Assembly: GCA_030765125.1 (NCBI GenBank)
Contig: JAVCDD010000176.1
Location: 220 to 64,219 of the forward strand
Direction of reading: 5' to 3'
DNA: 64,000 nucleotides
From: Candidatus Hatepunaea meridiana
Lineage (GTDB): Bacteria; Electryoneota; AABM5-125-24; Hatepunaeales; Hatepunaeaceae
Part shown: piece after piece, positions 58,249 through 64,000 of the stretch
How the letters are laid out: the number at the start of each line of letters is the position of its first letter
How positions within the stretch are numbered: position 1 is the stretch's first letter
Position numbers and translations under genes: made by a program
The notes under the pieces: model-generated
Told to the model about the DNA's origin: nothing
The model's database searches: none
Seen by the model: the letters and a program-made list of their open reading frames with translations, nothing else

Positions 58249-58458
58249 TACATACTGTTGCTTAATTGTAATTATTTGAGCCTGAAACATAAGTTATTAA
58301 CCCGACTGTTAAATAGTAAACGTTGCGTTACTGTTAGGTTCAAGCGAAGCGTAACCTGACGGAAACGTGTATTCTATTAAGCGGTCTGGTTAATAAATCT
58401 GATACAAATATTTATACCTATTCACGAAATTACTTGAATGATCCTGTTGAAATAGTAT

Positions 58459-58554
58459 AGAGTTCCCGCTGGCAGACGCCCTCGTCTGGCAGTTAAGTAA
58501 TTGATATACAAAGAAGTAAGCTGTCAGACGAGGGCGTCTGCCAGCGGGGACTCT
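58459..58554. repeat. Family D REP doublet
   Basis: CCCGCTGGCAGACGCCCTCGTCTG and inverse. Confidence 0.8.
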
Positions 58555-58734
58555 GACTTAATCAATAGAATCTTAAATCACGTTTCTCCTTTCCACATTC
58601 ACTTGCGATTGACATTAAAATATGATAATTTACAGATGTCATGTTTCATTATCCTTTGATCGAGTTCTTGCACAGCCCGTGAATTTTCAACATACCTGAA
58701 ATAAATACCTTTTCCAAACTATGGAGGATATCCA

Positions 58735-61356
58735 ATGCGCACATTCAAACCCTTTATACTATTACTCTCAATACTACTATTGGGATACTCAATTAATGCG
58801 AATGCTGACATTATTGAGGTTCCGGAGGATCGCAACACGATTCAATCTGGTATTAACGCTGCTGATGACGGTGATACTGTCCTTGTACATCCTGGTGAAT
58901 ACCGCGAAAACATTGACTTCGGTGGCAGGACGATTACTGTCGGAAGCTTGTTTCTTACTACCGGAGACGAAGCCTATATTGATTCAACTGTAATAGATGG
59001 CAACGACAACGGACCGGTTGTTCACTTTCATAACCGCGAAAGCGCTGATGCACGCCTCAGTGGTTTCATTCTCGAGAACGGGTCAGGTTATCGAAGTGGC
59101 GAAAACACTTTCGGCGGAGCTATACATAACTGGGTAAATTCCAGCCCGACACTCGACCACCTGATTATCCAGAATAGCAGCGCTACCAATGGAGGCGGCA
59201 TCTACTGCCAGGATACCGAACACCAGATTATTTCGCATGTTACTATTAAAAATTGTTCTGCAACCTACGGCGGTGGGATAAGGCTCCTTCGTGGCAGCGC
59301 TGCTCTGGATTATGTGTGTTTACACGACAACAGCGCTCAGAGTGTCGGTGGTGCAATGCAGATTGTCTGGGCGGCTGATGCGCTCTTAGTTAACGTAACT
59401 ATGTGTCGAAATTCATCCCCGCGTGGTGGTGGTATATACATCAGCGCTACCGGTGAGCAAAACACTGTATCTACAGCCGAATTGGTGAATACTATCATTT
59501 GGGGAAACAGCGATAATAATATCTATTTTTCCTCTTCTTATGAACCGTCTACAATGAGCTTCGATTACTGTGACATTGAAGGAGGCGAGGATGATATATT
59601 GCTTAATAACAACGGAGAAATCGCCTGGGGTGATGGAAATATTGACGATGATCCGGATTTTGTAGATGCCGACGATGGTGATTTTCATCTTGAGGATGGC
59701 AGTCCCTGCATAAACACCGGCAGTCCCGAATCACCTGAAGACCCAGATGGCTCACGAGCGGACATAGGAGCGTTTCCTTTCTTCTCGCAGAATGCTTTTC
59801 TAAAAGGGCGAGTACTCGATATTGAGGATAACAACCCATTATCTGAAGCGATCGTTATAACATCTCTCGGACAGGAAGCGGTTACCAATGAAGAAGGCTT
59901 CTGGGAGATTGAAAACGCCTGGACGGGTGCATTCAACGTAACCGCCTCAAAATCAGGCTATAATGATTCTACACAAATCGACCTCAGGTTACGGATTGAT
60001 GACACTTTAAGAGTCAACTTCAGCCTTCGTCATCCGGAGTTCATTGCCGATCCGGATGAAATTAACGTTGAATTACCACAAGGTAATTCAACCGAAGTTG
60101 GACTATCCGTTTTTAACACCGGAAACGGACCTCTTGAATTAACGGTTGAACCGCGAACGCGCGGAGAAGAAGCCGCTGAGCCTTGGGAGTTAAGAAGGTC
60201 TGTCAATGTTGGTTTTTTACTTGATGACAATCAGATTCACGGCGTCGCCTTTGCAGAAAACCAGTTCTTTGTTTCAGGAACCAACGGTGATGATCCACCG
60301 ATCATCTATGTCCTGAATCGTGAAGGGGATATGACTGGCAGCTTTGAACAGGTCGGCAGAAACCGCATCGGAATGCGTGACCTCGCTTACGATGGAAATC
60401 TGATATGGGGTTCCGGTGAAGGCACGGTATTCGGATTTACAACTGACGGAGAACAGGAAAACAGCTTCCAGGGACCTTTCAATCAGAATACAGCGATTGC
60501 CTGGGATCCCGATAATGATCTGCTATGGATATGCGGTACGATCAGCGAATACATAGCGGGTTATGACCGGTTCGGTGACGAGGTTATGGCGGTGGATCCT
60601 ATCGTGAGGAATATTTTCGGTCTCGCTTATTGGCAAGACGATCCGGATGAGCATTGTTTATACCTTTTCCATAGTCCGGGCGCTGAGAGGCAGATTGTCA
60701 GCAAGATAAATGTAAACACTAACGACATTATCGAAGTCATTGAACTCGAACCTGAAGGCGGCGGTCGTCCGGTTGGAACGTTTATCTGCAATACTTACGA
60801 TCCGATGAGCTGGGTATTTATGGATGTTTCCAATCCGGGTGAGAATGACCGCATTGATATTTGGCAGCTTTCCGCTCGATCCGGTTGGTTCGAGATTGAT
60901 CCTGTCGAAGGAGAGATTCCTCCAGGTGAGTCTACTGATTTCATAATTACATTTGACGCCTCTGACTTGATCCCGAACAGTTACGAAGGCGAATTGTACT
61001 TCCGGCATAACGCCGACGGTGAAGAGATGGCTTTACCTGTCACACTGGATGTGCAAGAGAATTCCGTTCGCGAAGGTTTAAGTATAATTCCTGATGAATT
61101 CCACTTTTCAGAACCTTATCCAAACCCATTCAATGCAACCATGAAAATCTCGTACAGCCTGCCTGTTTCCTCTTCAGTATTGATTCGAGTATATGACGTT
61201 TATGGTCGATTGATTGCTACACTGGTTAACGCTGAATTGTCAGCCGGTAATTATTCAACCGAGTGGAATGGGTTGTCAAACGCTTCAGGAGTGTATTTTG
61301 TGAAGATGGAAGCGGTTGACTTCTATGAATTCCGCAAGGTTACATTATTGAAGTGA
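58735..61356 (+). CDS. Secreted multidomain protein, full-length paralogue of 133-2772
   Basis: GGAGG RBS, signal peptide, beta-helix, carboxypeptidase-regulatory-like, propeller-like region, YPNPFN CTD. Confidence 0.85.
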   Translation: MRTFKPFILLLSILLLGYSINANADIIEVPEDRNTIQSGINAADDGDTVLVHPGEYRENIDFGGRTITVGSLFLTTGDEAYIDSTVIDGNDNGPVVHFHNRESADARLSGFILENGSGYRSGENTFGGAIHNWVNSSPTLDHLIIQNSSATNGGGIYCQDTEHQIISHVTIKNCSATYGGGIRLLRGSAALDYVCLHDNSAQSVGGAMQIVWAADALLVNVTMCRNSSPRGGGIYISATGEQNTVSTAELVNTIIWGNSDNNIYFSSSYEPSTMSFDYCDIEGGEDDILLNNNGEIAWGDGNIDDDPDFVDADDGDFHLEDGSPCINTGSPESPEDPDGSRADIGAFPFFSQNAFLKGRVLDIEDNNPLSEAIVITSLGQEAVTNEEGFWEIENAWTGAFNVTASKSGYNDSTQIDLRLRIDDTLRVNFSLRHPEFIADPDEINVELPQGNSTEVGLSVFNTGNGPLELTVEPRTRGEEAAEPWELRRSVNVGFLLDDNQIHGVAFAENQFFVSGTNGDDPPIIYVLNREGDMTGSFEQVGRNRIGMRDLAYDGNLIWGSGEGTVFGFTTDGEQENSFQGPFNQNTAIAWDPDNDLLWICGTISEYIAGYDRFGDEVMAVDPIVRNIFGLAYWQDDPDEHCLYLFHSPGAERQIVSKINVNTNDIIEVIELEPEGGGRPVGTFICNTYDPMSWVFMDVSNPGENDRIDIWQLSARSGWFEIDPVEGEIPPGESTDFIITFDASDLIPNSYEGELYFRHNADGEEMALPVTLDVQENSVREGLSIIPDEFHFSEPYPNPFNATMKISYSLPVSSSVLIRVYDVYGRLIATLVNAELSAGNYSTEWNGLSNASGVYFVKMEAVDFYEFRKVTLLK

Positions 61357-61369
61357 AAGAATGAAAATA

Positions 61370-61459
61370 GAGTTCAGAGTTCGACCTTTAGGTTGTTTTT
61401 CCTTCTTGAACTAACGAAGTGAATTCCAAATCCAACACACTAAAGTGCGAACTCTGAAC
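61370..61459. repeat. AGAG-footed REP doublet (family A variant)
   Basis: GTTCAGAGTTCG ... CGAACTCTGAAC. Confidence 0.65.
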
Positions 61460-61645
61460 ATATTTTTAAAGAAATGACAGATTTATCGCCATTATTTGTA
61501 TCGTTGTATATGATTTTCCAAATACGTCGGAATATTTTGAAAAACTACTACTTACGAACTATTTCCTTCTGCATTTTCCCCTTTTTAACTTGATAACTTG
61601 ATAACTTGATACTTGACTTTCCATCATAACGTAATTATCTTATTT

Positions 61646-61788
61646 GGTTATGCCTTTAGCTCAGCCGGAGTAGCGCAGCTTGCTGCGCGCTCGCAAGCAG
61701 ACACGCATGCGCCACCGTGCAAGAACGCAGCAAGCTGCGCTACTCTGGTATTATTAAGTTTATACATTGCTGAGCTAAAGGCATAACC
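61646..61788. repeat. 20-bp perfect inverted repeat enclosing a GGAG/GTAG REP doublet
   Basis: GGTTATGCCTTTAGCTCAGC/GCTGAGCTAAAGGCATAACC with inner GAGTAGCGCAGCTTGCTGCG pair. Confidence 0.75.
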
Positions 61789-61921
61789 GATTATCTTATT
61801 TATAGATATTTCATCCCGTAAACTAAACCTATTAACATTTATAACCCGTCCAGCTAATTCCCACATTGAACTGCTATACTTGGGCGTAACCCTATTAGTC
61901 AATATTTCTTAAGGAGAAATC

Positions 61922-64000
61922 ATGTTGAAATTTAAGGACGTCAGGTGGTTGATAGCGCTGTTGCTTTGTGCGCTGTTGAATTATCCTGCGCTCAGTGACG
62001 TTACAGTTGATCCCTTTGGCTTCGCTGTTGTTTCCGATGCCGGTGATTCGCACGAAATGGAAATGATCCTTGCCAACAATGGGAACGACGAAGTAGAATT
62101 CAGCCTTGTGCTTATGCCTCAGGTTCTGGATGAGGAAGATAGAATGTTCCCGGGACGCGATGACCGAAGCGATCCCGATGAAGCCGGCTACGAGTGGCGC
62201 GATGGTGAAGAAGACGACTGCCCGCCCTACGCATGGATTGACATCTCGGATTTCGACGACGTAGAGGACATCGAACATCTGGCGGATGACAGTTCTGCTG
62301 GTGAATTTGAGTTCGGATTCACCCTTGAATACTACGGAAACGAATTCGATCAGATAGCCATCTTTCCTAACGGTATGGCAGTCCTTGGTGAAGATCCAGG
62401 TGATATCATCTACTTCTATCCAATAAGTCAATGGCAGGAAGACTTGCCTACAGACTACTCTGATGGTGGAGATACACCCACTCCCCCACCGAATCTTCTC
62501 TGCGTGAACTTCCAGGACTTGAATCCATCGGTTGCCGGTCATATCTATTTCTGGTCGGATAGAACTATGGCGGTTTGCACCTGGGAAGATGTCCCTCATT
62601 TCGTTGACGCACAAGCTGAGGGTGATCTCTGGACTTTCCAGGTTGTCATCTATGCAAGTGGATTAATAAAATATCAAATTGCTGAGACAGGTGAGTACGA
62701 CGGTGAAGACGTTATGATTGGCTTTCAGAACCAGGATCGCGACCTCGGTTTTACAGTAATGAGAAATGATTTTGATTACCTGGAAGCTGAGGGTGTAGTT
62801 GCCTTCGGTCCCGAAGAAGCCTGGATTACATGGGCGGAGGTTGACCCCATTTCCGGTGAAATTCCCAGAGGTGAGGAAGAGATTATCACGGTAACTTTCA
62901 ACACTGAGAATATCGAAACCGGACTGTATTATGCCCAACTTGCAATAAACGTTGACGATCCGGCGGAAGAAGCGCCATACACCATCCGGATACCACTTCT
63001 CTTATCGGTTGAATCCCCAGTCGGCGCCATAGAAGGAACAGTTACTGACGCCTTAAACGATGAAGCGATAGAGGGCGTTCCCGTTATGCTGGAACCCTTC
63101 GGCTTAATGAGACTCACCGATGACCAAGGCAGTTACGAAATGGCAAATATTCCTGTCGGTGATGAATACAGATTGACCTGCACCGTTCCCGATTATCTGC
63201 CGTTTGTATTGGAAGATGTGGAAGTTACAGAGGACGAAGCTACAGACGGCTCGATGGCTCTGCTCCACGCCGAATGCAATCCCAGTCGAGATGTAATCCG
63301 TGTCATACTGCCTGCTGATGAGGATATGCACGTCGAATTTGAGGTTTCCAACAACGGTAATGGTGATCTGGAATATATAGTTGAACGCAGGTTATTAGGT
63401 GGTGCTAACGCTGAGCCCGGGGATCTTCGCGAATCCATCGTCCTCGGTGAAGCCCTTGAAGACATCAGGTTAGAGGGCGCTGTTTTCAATGGTCAGTACT
63501 TCTATGTATCCGGTGCAAATGTCTGGAACCGTGAAGATGGTCCTAATATGATCTATGTCGTCAACCGAGATGGAGAGATGGTAAATGAATTTGAGCAAGC
63601 CGGTGAGTCACACTACGGGATGCGCGATCTGGCATGGGATGGGGAACTGATCTGGGGATCAGGCGAGCGAAACATCTACGGATTCACACCTGATGGTGAG
63701 GTTCTGGATACTATCATAGGTCCTTATGACAACAACCGCGCGCTAGCTTGGGATCCCGACCGGAACCTGATGTGGGCTTGCGGAACTACATCTCCGCTTA
63801 TAGTCGGCGTCACATTAGAAGGGGAAGAAGAAATCGAGTTGGAACGCAACGGACTTCGTATCTATGGACTTGCTTATTGGCAAGATGATCCGGATGGTTT
63901 TCAGTTGTATATCTACCACTATCCCGGTGATGATATTCATCAGATGGTTCATAAGATAGATCCTGGTGAAGGAGATACAATGTTGGTCTGGGCATCGGAT
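61922..64000 (+). CDS. Large acidic secreted protein, runs off the window end (not in ORF track)
   Basis: AAGGAG RBS, ATG 61922, signal peptide MLKFKDVRWLIALLLCALL..; later RLEGAVF..FYVSGAN..YGMRDLAWDGELIWGS homologous to the propeller region of 133-2772. Confidence 0.85.
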   Translation, partial: MLKFKDVRWLIALLLCALLNYPALSDVTVDPFGFAVVSDAGDSHEMEMILANNGNDEVEFSLVLMPQVLDEEDRMFPGRDDRSDPDEAGYEWRDGEEDDCPPYAWIDISDFDDVEDIEHLADDSSAGEFEFGFTLEYYGNEFDQIAIFPNGMAVLGEDPGDIIYFYPISQWQEDLPTDYSDGGDTPTPPPNLLCVNFQDLNPSVAGHIYFWSDRTMAVCTWEDVPHFVDAQAEGDLWTFQVVIYASGLIKYQIAETGEYDGEDVMIGFQNQDRDLGFTVMRNDFDYLEAEGVVAFGPEEAWITWAEVDPISGEIPRGEEEIITVTFNTENIETGLYYAQLAINVDDPAEEAPYTIRIPLLLSVESPVGAIEGTVTDALNDEAIEGVPVMLEPFGLMRLTDDQGSYEMANIPVGDEYRLTCTVPDYLPFVLEDVEVTEDEATDGSMALLHAECNPSRDVIRVILPADEDMHVEFEVSNNGNGDLEYIVERRLLGGANAEPGDLRESIVLGEALEDIRLEGAVFNGQYFYVSGANVWNREDGPNMIYVVNRDGEMVNEFEQAGESHYGMRDLAWDGELIWGSGERNIYGFTPDGEVLDTIIGPYDNNRALAWDPDRNLMWACGTTSPLIVGVTLEGEEEIELERNGLRIYGLAYWQDDPDGFQLYIYHYPGDDIHQMVHKIDPGEGDTMLVWASD

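Noticed and set aside
61646-61788. attC site
   Set aside because: Reads GTT...AAC, the reverse of attC order, and the arms are perfect without extrahelical bases.
61895-63995. Minus-strand ORFs in the track (61895-62614 and others)
   Set aside because: Antisense shadows of the large plus-strand gene starting at 61922.

Overview
Bacterial chromosome segment. The many secreted proteins ending in a PNPFN-type (T9SS type A/FlgD-Ig-like) sorting domain suggest an uncultured FCB-group lineage (Calditrichota/Electryoneota-like); this is inference. In order: three tandem beta-helix secreted proteins; etfBA; a NuoE-like / NuoF-GltD fusion / 2Fe-2S / FMN glutamate-synthase-family redox operon; an ~11 kb minus-strand phage-derived head-and-packaging cluster; secreted peptidases (M36/M4-like, S9, S8); a long minus-strand housekeeping run (tRNA-Cys/Leu/Val, thrS, infC, rpmI, rplT, pheS, pheT, zapA, 6S RNA, rny, holA, ECF sigma/anti-sigma, rdgB, cysteine desulfurase, mnmA); and two more large secreted proteins. 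The best candidate for an undescribed system is the phage-derived cluster (16.0-27.2 kb). Capsid, TerL, portal, prohead protease and connector genes are intact but in permuted order behind a host-like sigma70 promoter. No integrase, repressor, replication, small terminase or tail genes are recognisable. Its spacers hold host repeats, and the distal fibre/lysis genes are broken by three separate lesions. This fits a domesticated tail-less particle (GTA-like or nanocompartment), although an ordinary decaying prophage cannot be excluded from one sequence. A second theme is about ten families of palindromic REP/MITE-like elements and 7-8-nt tandem arrays, which nest inside each other and have inserted in frame into coding sequences.
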